In this document: in pieces, positions 1-16,911 of the stretch | How the letters are laid out: each line of letters starts with the position of its first letter | Position numbering within the stretch: the stretch's first letter is position 1 | Source: the human T2T-CHM13v2.0 reference genome, Homo sapiens | Length of the DNA stretch: 64,000 nucleotides | Strand: one strand, 5' to 3' | Assembly: GCF_009914755.1 (NCBI RefSeq) | Contig: NC_060948.1 | Position numbers and translations under genes: made by a program | The notes under the pieces: generated by a model | Seen by the model: only the letters and a program-made list of their open reading frames with translations | What the model was told of the DNA's origin: nothing | Databases searched by the model: none

Positions 1-550
1 ATGAAAAAAAATTTCAAAGGTACTCTGCTTGGTACAATAATCAAATGTATAAACTGAGGAATAAAACATAACCATGAAACCTACTTATAACTGCATATGG
101 AAAATACAGAGGATAATTTTTTAAATAACATATTTTGAAAGCCTTAACTAGTAATTTGAAGAGTTGGCATTTGAAAGGCCAGTATGAATATACCTTCAAA
201 GCAGCAACACAGGTTCCCCATGAGAAAAAGCAAACACAGGGAAAATAAAAACACAAAGGTTCAATCTCTTCTGACCTTTGAAAGACACAGCACAGACAGT
301 GGTCCTTAGGACGAAGAGCAGGAGACCCCTAATTCCGTCACCATGGCGGTAGGGCATAAACATTGCTGGGTGAGGGCACAATCCACATTGTGAGGTCCAA
401 CTGCTGCCAGGAAGACAGGAGTGCTTTTACATAGACCGAAAGGTCATTGAAGGCTCAGAGTTTTGTTTCAAGAACTGAATCCCAAGCCCACACGTTATTA
501 GGCTGCGCTTCTTAAAACAAGTTATGAGATGGGAAAAAGGGCACCCACAA

Positions 551-2111
551 ACATACGTATACATTATGTATATAATAATATACAGTATCATATATATAAT
601 ATATATAACCTATGTATAATATTGTTTTACATCCTGCATCTTATGTTATATATATTGTATAAAATATAACAATTGATAATATATAATTTTTATATTTATA
701 CAATATGACATATAGTATATATTATAATTTATGACATATATAATATATGCTATATATCATATATAGAATATATTATACGGTTAATATACGTATTAAATAT
801 AAATTATACATTATATATATTATATATAATATATCTGCTATATATAATACCCATTATGCATAATATATATATTATGTCTATGTTATATATAGTATAAAAC
901 AACATATAATAATAAATAATTGTATATATATAATGCGACATATAATATATATTATATTTTATGACATATGTAATATATATTATATATTAGATATAATGCG
1001 TTGTATGTATAATACCTATATTAAATATATATTATATGACTATGTTATTAATTACATGTCACATGTGTTATATATTATTCATTTTACACAGAATATACCG
1101 GTTACATACAATATATACTATGTTACCTACAATTTATAATTTATTACATGTAAAATAAAGAATGCAATATATTATGTATAATTTATAATATACAATATGT
1201 GGAAGGTGATATATATAACATATAATATATGATATATGATATACAGTATATGATATATAACATACAATATATGATACCTAATATATATGGTATACAATAT
1301 ATATTTTATGATATGTATTCTCTATGTTTTACATTCTGTTATATATATCTATTTGAAATTATATATAACTGTATAATATTTTATGTAAATATGTAATATA
1401 ATATATATAAAAATATAATATATTATATATAACTATATATTATGTTATATATACTTTTATAACATAATTTAAATAAAATATCATAATATAATATATATTA
1501 TATTATTTCATATTACATAATATATATTACATATCACCCAATATAAGTAACATACATAATATTATAATATAGATTATATTATGTTATATTAAATATCATA
1601 TATATCACGTATCATATATTCTATAATATATATTATACATTATATAATATGTATGTTGTCTATTATGTGATATATATAACTATATATATAATTATATTAC
1701 TATACATATTACTAGATAAACATGTAATTCTACATATTTTCATTTATAATATATAGAATTATATAATCATATATAATTATTTATATTCTATAAAAAATTA
1801 TATCATTATATAAATTATAATATATAAAAATTATAATATGTACTACAAATATATATATTATATATCATATATGATATAGTAACTTTGTTATATATCATAA
1901 TACATATAAATGTGTATTATGTTATCTATAATTATATAATTTCATATATAAGATGTATAATATGTATTATATATTATATATGTTATGTAATATATATAGT
2001 ATATATAAGATGGCACAGGATAAATATTATATACTATGACATATAAAATATATGAGGTTATATATTACATATAAGGCATAGCACATAACATGTAATATAT
2101 ATCATATATAA
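551..2111. repeat. AT-rich low-complexity segment of the unit (representative copy; present in every unit)
   Basis: ~1.56 kb of interrupted TATA/ATAT sequence with sparse G/C, conserved nearly base for base between units. Confidence 0.92.
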
Positions 2112-2403
<292 letters not shown>

Positions 2404-2970
2404 AGATCCATATTTTTTAAATGAAAAAAAATTTCAAATGTACTCTGCTTGGTACAATAATCAAATGTATAAACTGAGGAATAAAACATAACCATGAAAC
2501 CTACTTATAACTGCATATGGAAAATACAGAGGATAATTTTTTAAATAACATATTTTGAAAGCCTTAATTAGTAATTTGAAGAGTTGGCATTTGAAAGGCC
2601 AGTATGAATATACCTTCAAAGCAGCAACACAGGTTCCCCATGAGAAAAAGCAAACTCAGGGAAAATAAAACCACAAAGGTTCAATCTCTTCTGACCTTTG
2701 AAAGACACAGCACAGACAGTGGTCCTTAGGACGAAGAGCAGGAGACCCCTAATTCCGTCACCATGGCGATAGGGCATAAACATTGCTGGGTGAGGGCACA
2801 ATCCACATTGTGAGGTCCAACTGCTGCCAGGAAGACAGGAGTGCTTTTACATAGACCGAAAGGTCATTGAAGGCTCAGAGTTTTGTTTCAAGAACTGAAT
2901 CCCAAGCCCACACGTTTTTAGGCTGCGCTTCCTAAAACAAGTTATGAGATGGGAAAAAGGGCACCCACAA
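2404..2970. repeat. GC-richer HSATI-like segment of the unit (representative copy; present in all 27 units)
   Basis: ~570 bp of complex sequence between the Alu end and the start of TA-rich sequence after GGCACCCACAAACATACG. The name comes from the known DYZ2 architecture, not from an alignment. Confidence 0.75.
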
Positions 2971-4508
2971 ACATACGTATACATTATGTATATAATAATA
3001 TACAGTATTATATATATAATATATATAACCTATGTATAATATTGTCTTACATCCTGCATCTTATATTATATATATTGTATAAAATATAATAATTGATAAT
3101 ATATAAATTTTATATTTATACAATATGACATATAGTATATATTATAATTTATGACATATATAATATATGTTATATATCATATATAGAATATATTATATGG
3201 TTAATATACGTTTTAAATATAAATTATACATTATATATATTATATATAATATATCTGCTATATATAATACCCATTATGCATAATATATATATTATGTCTA
3301 TGTTATATATAGTATAAAACAACATATAATAATATATAATTGTATATATAAAATGCGACATATAATATATATTATATTTTATGACATAAGTAATATATAT
3401 TATATATTAGATATAAAGCGTTGCATGTATAATACCTATATTAAATATATATTATATGACTATGTTATTAATTACATGTCACATGTGTTATATATTATTT
3501 ATTTTACACAGAATATACCGGTTACATACAATATATACTATGTTACCTACAATGTATAATTTATTACATGTAAAATAAAGAATGCAATATATTATGTATA
3601 ATTTATAATATACAATATGTGGAATGTGATATATATAACATATAATATATGATATATGATATACAGTATATGATATATAACATACAATATATGATACCTA
3701 ATATATATGGTATACAATATATATTTTATGATATGTATTCTCTATGTTTTATATTCTGTTATATATATCTATTTGAAATTATATATAACTGTATAATATT
3801 TTATGTAAATATGTAATATAATATATATAAAAATATAATATATTATATATAACTATATATTATGTTATATATACATTTATAACATAATTTACATAAAATA
3901 TCATAATATAATATATATTATATTATTTCATATTACATAATATATATTACATATCACCCAATATAACTAACATACATAATATTATAATATGGATTATATT
4001 ATGTTATATTAAATATCATATATATCATGTATCATATATTCTATAATATATATTATACATTATATATTATGTATGTTGTCTATTATGTGATATATATAAC
4101 TCTATATATAATTATATTTTTATACATATAACTAGATAAACATGTAATTCTACATATTTTCATTTATAATACGTAGAATTATATAATCATATATAATTAT
4201 TTATATTCTATAAAAAATTTTATCATTATATAAATTATAATATATAAAAATTATAATATGTACTACAAATATATATAGTATATATCATATATGATATAGT
4301 ACCTTTGTTATATATCATAATACATATAAATGTGTATTATGTCATCTATAATTATATAATTTCATATATAAGATGTATAATATGTATCATATATTATATA
4401 TGTTATGTAATATATATAGTATATATAAGATGACACAGGATAAATATTATATACTATGACATATAAAATATATCAGGTTATATGTTACATATAAGGCATA
4501 GCACATAA

Positions 4509-4823
<315 letters not shown>

Positions 4824-6926
4824 AGATCCATATTTTTTAAATGAAAAAAATTTCAAAGGTACTCTGCTTGGTACAATAATCAAATGTATAAACTGAGGAA
4901 TAAAACATAACCATGAAACCTACTTATAACTGCATATGGAAAATACAGAGGATAATTTTTTAAATAACATATTTTGAAAGCCTTAACTAGTAATTTGAAG
5001 AGTTGGCATGTGAAAGGCCAGTATGAATATACCTTCAAAGCAGCAACACAGGTTCCCCATGAGAAAAAGCAAACTCAGGGAAAATAAAACCACAAAGGTT
5101 CAATCTCTTCTGACCTTTGAAAGACACAGCACAGAAAGTGGTCCTTAGGACGAAGAGCAGGAGACCCCTAATTCCGTCACCATGGCGATAGGGCATAAAC
5201 ACTGCTGGGTGAGGGCACAATCCACATTGTGAGGTCCAACTGCTGCCAGGAAGACAGGAGTGCTTTTACATAGACCGAAAGGTCATTGAAGGCTCAGAGT
5301 TTTGTTTCAAGAACTGAATCCCAAGCCCACACGTTATTAGGCTGCGCTTCTTAAAACAAGTTATGAGATGGGAAAAAGGGCACCCACAAACATACGTATA
5401 CATTATGTATATAATAATATACAGTGTCATATATATAATATATATAACCTATGTATAATATTGTTTTACATCCTGCATCTTATGTTATATATATTGTATA
5501 AAATATAATAATTGATAATATATAACTTTTATAATTATACAATATGACATATAGTATATATTATAATTTATGACATATATAATATATGTTATATATCATA
5601 TACAGAATATATTATACGGTTAATATACGTATTAAATATAAATTATACATTATATATATTATATATAATATATCTGTTATATATAATACCCATTATGCAT
5701 AATATATATATTATGTCTATGTTATATATGGTATAAAACAACATATAATAATATATAATTGTATATATAAATGCGACATATAATATATATTATATTTTAT
5801 GACATATGTATTATATATTATATATTATATATAATACGTTGTATGTATAATACCTATATTAAATATATATTATATGACTATGTTATTAATTACATGTCAC
5901 ATGTGTTATATATTATATATTTTACATAGAATATACCGGTTACATACAATATATACCATGTTACCTATAATGTATAATTTATTACATGTAAAATAAAGAA
6001 TGCAATATATTATGTATAATTTATAATATACCATATGTGGAATGTGATATATATAACATATAATATATGATATATGATATACAGTATATGATATATAACA
6101 TACAATATATGATTCCTAATATATATGGTATACAATATATATTTTATGATATGTATTCTATATGTTTTATATTCTGTTATATATAACTATTTGAAATTAT
6201 ATATAACTGTATAATATTTTATGTAAATATGTAATATAATATATATAACTATATATTATATTATATATAACTATATATTATGTTATATATACTTTTATAA
6301 CATAATTTGCATAAAATATCATAACATAATATATATTATATTATTTCATATTACATAATATATATTACATATCACCCAATATAACTAACATACATAATAT
6401 TATAATATAGATTATATTGTGTTATATTAAATATCATATATATCATGTATCATATATTCTATAATATATATTACACATTATATAATATGTATGTTGTCTA
6501 TTATGTGATATATATAACTCTATATATAATTATATTTTTATACATATAACTAGATAAACATGTAATTCTACATATTTTCATTTATAATACGTAGAATTAT
6601 ATAATCATATATAATTATTTATATTCTATAAAAAATTTTATCATTATATAAATTATAATATATAAAAATTATAATATGTACTACAAATATATATATTATA
6701 TATCATATATGATATAGTACCTTTGTTATATATCATAATACATATAAATGTGTATTATGTCATCTATAATTATATAATTTCATATATAAGATGTATAATA
6801 TGTATCATATATTATATATGTTATGTAATATATATAGTATATATAAGATGACACAGGATAAATATTATATACTATGACATATAAAATATATCAGGTTATA
6901 TGTTACATATAAGGCATAGCACATAA

Positions 6927-7241
<315 letters not shown>

Positions 7242-9345
7242 AGATCCATATTTTTTAAATGAAAAAAAATTTCAAAGGTACTCTGCTTGGTACAATAATC
7301 AAATGTATAAACTGAGGAATAAAACATAACCATGAAACCTACTTATAACTGCATATGGAAAATACAGAGGATAATTTTTTAAATAACATATTTTGAAAGC
7401 CTTAACTAGTAATTTGAAGAGTTGGCATGTGAAAGGCCAGTATGAATATACCTTCAAAGCAGCAACACAGGTTCCCCATGAGAAAAAGCAAACTCAGGGA
7501 AAATAAAACCACAAAGGTTCAATCTCTTCTGACCTTTGAAAGACACAGCACAGAAAGTGGTCCTTAGGACGAAGAGCAGGAGACCCCTAATTCCGTCACC
7601 ATGGCGATAGGGCATAAACACTGCTGGGTGAGGGCACAATCCACATTGTGAGGTCCAACTGCTGCCAGGAAGACAGGAGTGCTTTTACATAGACCGAAAG
7701 GTCATTGAAGGCTCAGAGTTTTGTTTCAAGAACTGAATCCCAAGCCCACACGTTATTAGGCTGCGCTTCTTAAAACAAGTTATGAGATGGGAAAAAGGGC
7801 ACCCACAAACATACGTATACATTATGTATATAATAATATACAGTGTCATATATATAATATATATAACCTATGTATAATATTGTTTTACATCCTGCATCTT
7901 ATGTTATATATATTGTATAAAATATAATAATTGATAATATATAACTTTTATAATTATACAATATGACATATAGTATATATTATAATTTATGACATATATA
8001 ATATATGTTATATATCTTATACAGAATATATTATACGGTTAATATACGTATTTAATATAAATTATACATTATATATATTATATATAATATATCTGTTATA
8101 TATAATACCCGTTATGCATAATATATATATTATGTCTATGTTATATATAGTATAAAACAACATATAATAATATATAATTGTATATATAAATGCGACATAT
8201 AATATATATTATATTTTATGACATATGTAATATATATTATATATTATATATAATACGTTGTATGTATAATACCTATATTAAATATATATTATATGACTAT
8301 GTTTTTAATTACATGTCACATGTGTTATATATTATATATTTTACATAGAATATACCGGTTACATACAATATATACCGTGTTACCTATAATGTATAATTTA
8401 TTACATGTAAAATAAAGAATGCAATATATTATGTATAATTTATAATATACAATATGTGGAATGTGATATATATAACATATAATATATGATATATGATATA
8501 CAGTATATGATATATAACATACAATATATGATTCCTAATATATATGGTATACAATATATATTTTATGATATGTATTCTATATGTTTTATATTCTGTTATA
8601 TATAACTATTTGAAATTATATATAACTGTATAATATTTTATGTAAATATGTAATATAAAATATATAACTATTAAATATATTATATATAACTATATATTAT
8701 GTTATATATAGTTTTATAACATAATTTACATAAAATATCATAATATAATATATATTATATTATTTCATATTACATAATATATATTACATATCACCCAATA
8801 TAACTAACATACATAATATTATAATATAGATTATATTATGTTATATTAAATATCATATATATCATGTATCATATATTCTATAATATATATTACACATTAT
8901 ATAATATGTATGTTGTCTATTATGTGATATATATAACTCTATATATAATTATATTTTTATACATATAACTAGATAAACATGTAATTCTACATATTTTCAT
9001 TTATAATATGTAGAATTATATAATCATATATAATTATTTATATTCTATAAAAAATTTTATCATTGTATAAATTATAATATATAAAAATTATAATATGTAC
9101 TACAAATATATATATTATATATCATATATGATATAGTACCTTTGTTATATATCATAATACATATAAATGTGTATTATGTTATCTATAATTATATAATTTC
9201 ATATATAAGATGTATAATATGTATCATATATTACATATGTTATGTAATATATATAGTATATATAAGATGACACAGGATAAATATTATATACTATGACATA
9301 TAAAATATATGAGGTTATATGTTACATATAAGGCATAGCACATAA

Positions 9346-9660
<315 letters not shown>

Positions 9661-11789
9661 AGATCCATATTTTTTAAATGAAAAAAAATTTCAAAGGTAC
9701 TCTGCTTGGTACAATAATCAAATGTATAAACTGAGGAATAAAACATAACCATGAAACCTACTTATAACTGCATATGGAAAATACAGAGGATAATTTTTAA
9801 ATAACATATTTTGAAAGCCTTAACTAGTAATTTGAAGAGTTGGCATTTGAAAGGCCAGTATGAATATACCTTCAAAGCAGCAACACAGGTTCCCCATGAG
9901 AAAAAGCAAACACAGGGAAAATAAAAACACAAAGGTTCAATCTCTTCTGACCTTTGAAAGACACAGCACAGACAGTGGTCCTTAGGACGAAGAGCAGGAG
10001 ACCCCTAATTCCGTCACCATGGCGATAGGGCATAAACATTGCTGGGTGAGGGCACAATCCACATTGTGAGGTCCAACTGCTGCCAGGAAGACAGGAGTGC
10101 TTTTACATAGACCGAAAGGTCATTGAAGGCTCAGAGTTTTGTTTCAAGAACTGAATCCCAAGCCCACACGTTATTAGGCTGCGCTTCTTAAAACAAGTTA
10201 TGAGATGGGAAAAAGGGCACCCACAAACATACGTATACATTATGTATATAATAATATACAGTATCATATATATAATATATATAACCTATGTATAATATTG
10301 TTTTACATCCTGCATCTTCTGTTATATATATTGTATAAAATATAATAATTGATAATATATAAGTTTTATAATTATACAATATGACATATAGTATATATTA
10401 TAATTTATGACATATATAATATATGTTATATATCATATATAGAATATATTATACGGTTAATATACGTATTAAATATAAATTATACATTATATATATTATA
10501 TATAATATATCTGTTATATATAATACCCATTATGCATAATATATATATTATGTCTATGTTATATATAGTATAAAACAACATATAATAATATATAATTGTA
10601 TATATAAAATGCGACATATAATATATATTATATTTTATAACATATGTAATATATATTATATATTAAATATAATACGTTGTATGTATAATACCTATATTAA
10701 ATATATATTATATGACTATGTTATTAATTACATGTCACATGTGATATATATTATATATTTTACATAGAATATACCGGTTACATACAATATATACTATGTT
10801 ACCTATAATGTATAATTTATTACATGTAAAATAAAGAATGCAATATATTATGTAAAATTTATAAAATACAATATGTGGAATGTGATATATATAACATATA
10901 ATATATGATATATGATATACAGTATATGATATATAACATACAATATATGATTCCTATTATATATGGTATACAATATATATTTTATGATATGTATTCTATA
11001 TGTTTTATATTCTGTTATATATAACTATTTGAAATTATATATAACTGTATAATATTTTATGTAAATATGTAATATAATATATATAACTATATAATATATT
11101 ATATATAACTATATATTATGATATATATACTTTTATAACATAATTTACATAAAATATCATAATATAATATATATTATATTATTTCATATTACATAATATA
11201 TATTACATATCACCCAATATAACTAACATACATAATATTATAATATAGATTATATTGTGTTATATTAAATATCATATATATCATGTATCATATATTCTAT
11301 AATATGTATTACACATTATATAATATGTATGTTGTCTATTATGTGATATATATAACTATATATATAATTATATTTTTATACATATAACTAGATAAACATG
11401 TAATTCTACATATTTTCATTTATAATATGTAGAATTATATAATCATATATAATTATTTATATTCTATAAAAAATTTTATCATTATATAAATTATAATATA
11501 TAAAAATTATAATATGTACTACAAATATATATATATTATATATCATATATGATATAGTACCTTTGTTATATATCATAATACATATAAATGTGTATTATGT
11601 TATCTATAATTATATAATTTCATATATAAGATGTATAATATGTATCATATATTATATATGTTATGTAATATGTATAGTATATATAAGATGACACAGGATA
11701 AATATTATATACTATGACATATAAAATATATGAGGTTATATGTTACATATAAGGCATAGCACATAACATGTAATATATATCATATATAA

Positions 11790-12081
11790 TTTTTTTTTAA
11801 ACAGAATCTTTTCCTGTTGCACAGGGTGGGGTACAATGGCGCCATCTTTGCTCACTGCAACTTCTGCCTCACGGGTCCAAGCGATTGTCCTCCCTGAGCC
11901 TCCCAGGTAGCTGGGACTACACCACACTGGGACTACACCAGCTGCCACCATGCCTAGCTAATTTTTTGGATTTTTAGTAGTGACAGCCTTTCACTGCATT
12001 GGCCAGGATGGTCTTGATCTCTTCACCTTGTGATCCCCTTGCCTTGGCCTCCAAATTTGCTGGGATTACAGGCCTGAGCCA
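11790..12081 (-). mobile_element. Diverged Alu, U5
   Basis: Same antisense Alu motifs as U1. Confidence 0.93.
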
Positions 12082-14202
12082 AGATCCATATTTTTTAAAT
12101 GAAAAAAAATTTCAAAGGTACTCTGCTTGGTACAATAATCAAATGTATAAACTGAGGAATAAAACATAACCATGAAACCTACTTATAACTGCATATGGAA
12201 AATACAGAGGATAATTTTTTAAATAACATATTTTGAAAGCCTTAACTAGTAATTTGAAGAGTTGGCATTTGAAAGGCCAATATGAATATACCTTCAAAGC
12301 AGCAACACAGGTTCCCCATGAGAAAAAGCAAACTCAGGGAAAATAAAAACACAAAGGTTCAATCTCTTCTGACCTTTGAAAGACACAGCACAGACAGTGG
12401 TCCTTAGGACGAAGAGCAGGAGACCCCTAATTCCGTCACCATGGCGATAGGGCATAAACATTGCTGGGTGAGGGCACAATCCACATTGTGAGGTCCAACT
12501 GCTGCCAGGAAGACAGGAATGCTTTTACGTAGACCGAAAGGTCATTGAAGGCTCAGAGTTTTGTTTCAAGAACTGAATCCCAAGCCCACACGTTATTAGG
12601 CTGCGCTTCTTAAAACAAGTTATGAGATGGGAAAAAGGGCACCCACAAACATACGTATACATTATGTATATAATAATATACAGTATCATATATATAATAT
12701 ATATAACCTATGTATAATATTGTTTTACATCCTGCATCTTCTGTTATATATATTGTATAAAATATAATAATTGATAATATATAAGTTTTATAATTATACA
12801 ATATGACATATAGTATATATTATAATTTATGACATATATAATATATGTTATATATCATATATAGAATATATTATACGGTTAATATACGTATTAAATATAA
12901 ATTATACATTATATATATTATATATAATATATCTGTTATATATAATACCCATTATGTATAATATATATATTATGTCTATGTTATATATAGTATAAAACAA
13001 CATATAATAATATATAATTGTATATATAAAATGCGACATATAATATATATTATATTTTATAACATATGTAATATATATTATATATAATACGTTGTATGTA
13101 TAATACCTATATTAAATATATATTATATGACTATGTTATTAATTACATGTCACATGTGTTATATATTATATATTTTACATAGAATATACCGGTTACATAC
13201 AATATATACTATGTTACCTATAATGTATAGTTTATTACATGTAAAATAAAGAATGCAATATATTATGTAAAATTTATAACATACAATATGTGGAATGTGA
13301 TATATATAACATATAATATATGATATATGATATACAATATATGATATATAACATACAATATATGATTCCTAATATATATGGTATACAATATATATTTTAT
13401 GATATGTATTCTCTATGTTTTATATTCTGTTATATATAACTATTTGAAATTATATATAACTGTATAATATTTTATGTAAATATGTAATATAATATATATA
13501 ACTATATAATATATTATATATAACTATATATTATGTTATATATACTTTTATAACATAATTTACCTAAAATATCATAATATAATATATATTATATTATTTC
13601 ATATTACATAATATATATTACATATCACCCAATATAACTAACATACATAATATTATAATATAGATTATATTGTGTTATATTAAATATCATATATATCATG
13701 TATCATATATTCTATAATATATATTACACATTATATAATATGTATGTTGTCTATTATGTGATATATATAACTATATATATAATTATATTTTTATACATAT
13801 AACTAGATAAACATGTAATTCTACACATTTTCATTTATAATATGTAGAATTATATAATCATATATAATTATTTATATTCTATAAAAAATTTTATCATTCT
13901 ATAAATTATAATATATAAAAATTATAATATGTACTACAAATTTATATATTATATATCATATATGATATAGTACCTTTGTTATATATCATAATACATATAA
14001 ATGTGTATTATGTTATCTATAATTATATAATTTCATATATAAGATGTATAATATGTATCATATATTATATATGTTATGTAATATATATAGAATATATAAG
14101 ATGACACAGGATAAATATTATATACTATGACATATAAAATATATGAGGTTATATGTTACATATAAGGCATAGCACATAACATGTAATATATATCATATAT
14201 AA

Positions 14203-14494
14203 TTTTTTTTTAGACAGAATCTTGTCCTGTTGCACAGGGAGGGGTACAATGGCGCCATCTTTGCTCACTGCAACTTCTGCCTCACGGGTCCAAGCGATTG
14301 TCCTCCCTCAGCCTCCCAGGTAGCTGGGACTACACCACACTGGGACTACACCAGCTGCCACCATGCCTAGCTAATTTTTTGGATTTTTAGTAGTGACAGC
14401 GTTTCACTGTATTGGCCAGGATGGTCTTGATCTCTTCACCTTGTGATCCCCTTGCCTTGGCCTCCAAATTTGCTGGGAATACAGGCCTGAGCCA
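14203..14494 (-). mobile_element. Diverged Alu, U6
   Basis: Same antisense Alu motifs as U1. Confidence 0.93.
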
Positions 14495-16595
14495 AGATCC
14501 ATATTTTTTAAATGAAAAAAAATTTCAAAGGTACTCTGCTTGGTACAATAATCAAATGTATAAACTGAGGAATAAAACATAACCATGAAACCTACTTATA
14601 ACTGCATATGGAAAATACAGAGGATAATTTTTTAAATAACATATTTTGAAAGCCTTAACTAGTAATTTGAAGAGTTGGCATTTGAAAGGCCAGTATGAAT
14701 ATACCTTCAAAGCAGCAACACAGGTTCCCCATGAGAAAAAGCAAACACAGGGAAAATAAAAACACAAAGGTTCAATCTGTTCTGACCTTTGAAAGACACA
14801 GCACAGACAGTGGTCCTTAGGACGAAGAGCAGGAGACCCCTAATTCCGTCACCATGGCGATAGGGCATAAACATTGCTGGGTGAGGGCACAATCCACATT
14901 GTGAGGTCCAACTGCTGCCAGGAAGACAGGAGTGCTTTTACATAGACCGAAAGGTCATTGAAGGCTCAGAGTTTTGTTTCAAGAACTGAATCCCAAGCCC
15001 ACACGTTATTAGGCTGCGCTTCTTAAAACAAGTTATGAGATGGGAAAAAGGGCACCCACAAACATACGTATACATTATGTATATAATAATATACAGTATC
15101 ATATATATAATATATATAACCTATGTATAATATTGTTTTACATCCTGCATCTTATGTTATATATAGTATAAAATATAATAATTGATAATATATAAGTTTT
15201 ATAATTATACAATATGACATATAGTATATATTATAATTTATGACATATATAATATATGTTATATATCATATATAGAATATATTATACGTTTAATATACGT
15301 ATTAAATATAAATTATACATTGTATATATTATATATAATATATCTGTTATATATAATACCCATTATGCATAATATATATATTATGTCTATGTTATATATA
15401 GTATAAAACAACATATAATAATATATAATTGTATATATAAAACGCGACATATAATATATATTATATTTTATGACATATGTAATATATATTATATATTATA
15501 TATAATACGTTGTATGTATAATACCTATGTTAAATATATATTATATGACTATGTTATTAATTACATGTCAAATATGTTATATATTATATATTTTACATAG
15601 AATATACCGGTTACATACAATATATACTATGTTACCTATAATGTATAATTGATTACATGTAAAATAAAGAATGCAATATATTATGTATAATTTATAATAT
15701 ACAATATGTGGAATGTGATATATATAACATATAATATATGATATATGATATACAGTATATGATATATAACATACAATATATGATACCTAATATATATGGT
15801 ATACAATTTATATTTTATCATATGTATTCTATATGTTTTATATTCTGTTATATATAACTATTTGAAATTATATATAACTGTATAATATTTTATGTAAATA
15901 TGTAATATAATATATATAACTATATAATATATTATATAAAACTATATATTATGTTATATATACTTTTATAACATAATTTACATAAAATGTCATAATATAA
16001 TATATATTATATTATTTCATATTACATAATATATATTACATATCACCCAATATAAGTAACATACATAATATTATAATATAGATTATATTATGTTATATTA
16101 AATATCATATATATCATGTATCATATATTCTATAATATATATTATACATTATATAATATGTATGTTGTCTATTATGTGATATATATAAGTATATATAATT
16201 ATATCATTATACATATAACTAGATAAACATGTAATTCTACATATTTTCATTTATAATATATAGAATTATATAATCATATATAATTATTTATATTCTATAA
16301 AAAATTATATCATTATATAAATTATAATATATAAAAATTATAATATGTACTACAAATATATATATTATATATCATATATGATATAGTACCTTTGTTATAT
16401 ATCATAATACATATAAATGTGTATTATGTTATCTATAATTATATAATTTCATATATAAGATCTATAATATATATTATATATTATATATGTTATGTAATAT
16501 ATATAGTATATATAAGCTGACACAGGATAAATATTATATACTATGACATATAAAATATATGAGGTTATATGTTACATATAAGGCATAGCACATAA

Positions 16596-16911
<316 letters not shown>

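Noticed and set aside
196-381. 61 aa minus-strand ORF (MCPHPA...) open in all 27 units
   Set aside because: Short, no recognisable family, and many variants are nonsynonymous. Persistence is expected when units are this similar.
1050-1070. ACATGT-C-ACATGT as a p53-like site, plus many TATA boxes, AATAAA signals and small AT hairpins
   Set aside because: Poor fit to the paired RRRCWWGYYY consensus. Such motifs are expected by chance at this composition, and I saw no long perfect palindrome or inverted unit.
933-1139. Ile/Tyr-rich ORFs in the AT-rich segments, and Alu-derived ORFs (e.g. 4659-4883, 11736-11951, 33564-33767)
   Set aside because: Compositional or Alu translation artefacts that open and close with single substitutions.
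3619-3627. GGAAT pentamer suggesting DYZ1/HSat3
   Set aside because: Isolated occurrences only; there is no (GGAAT)n block or DYZ1 junction in the window.
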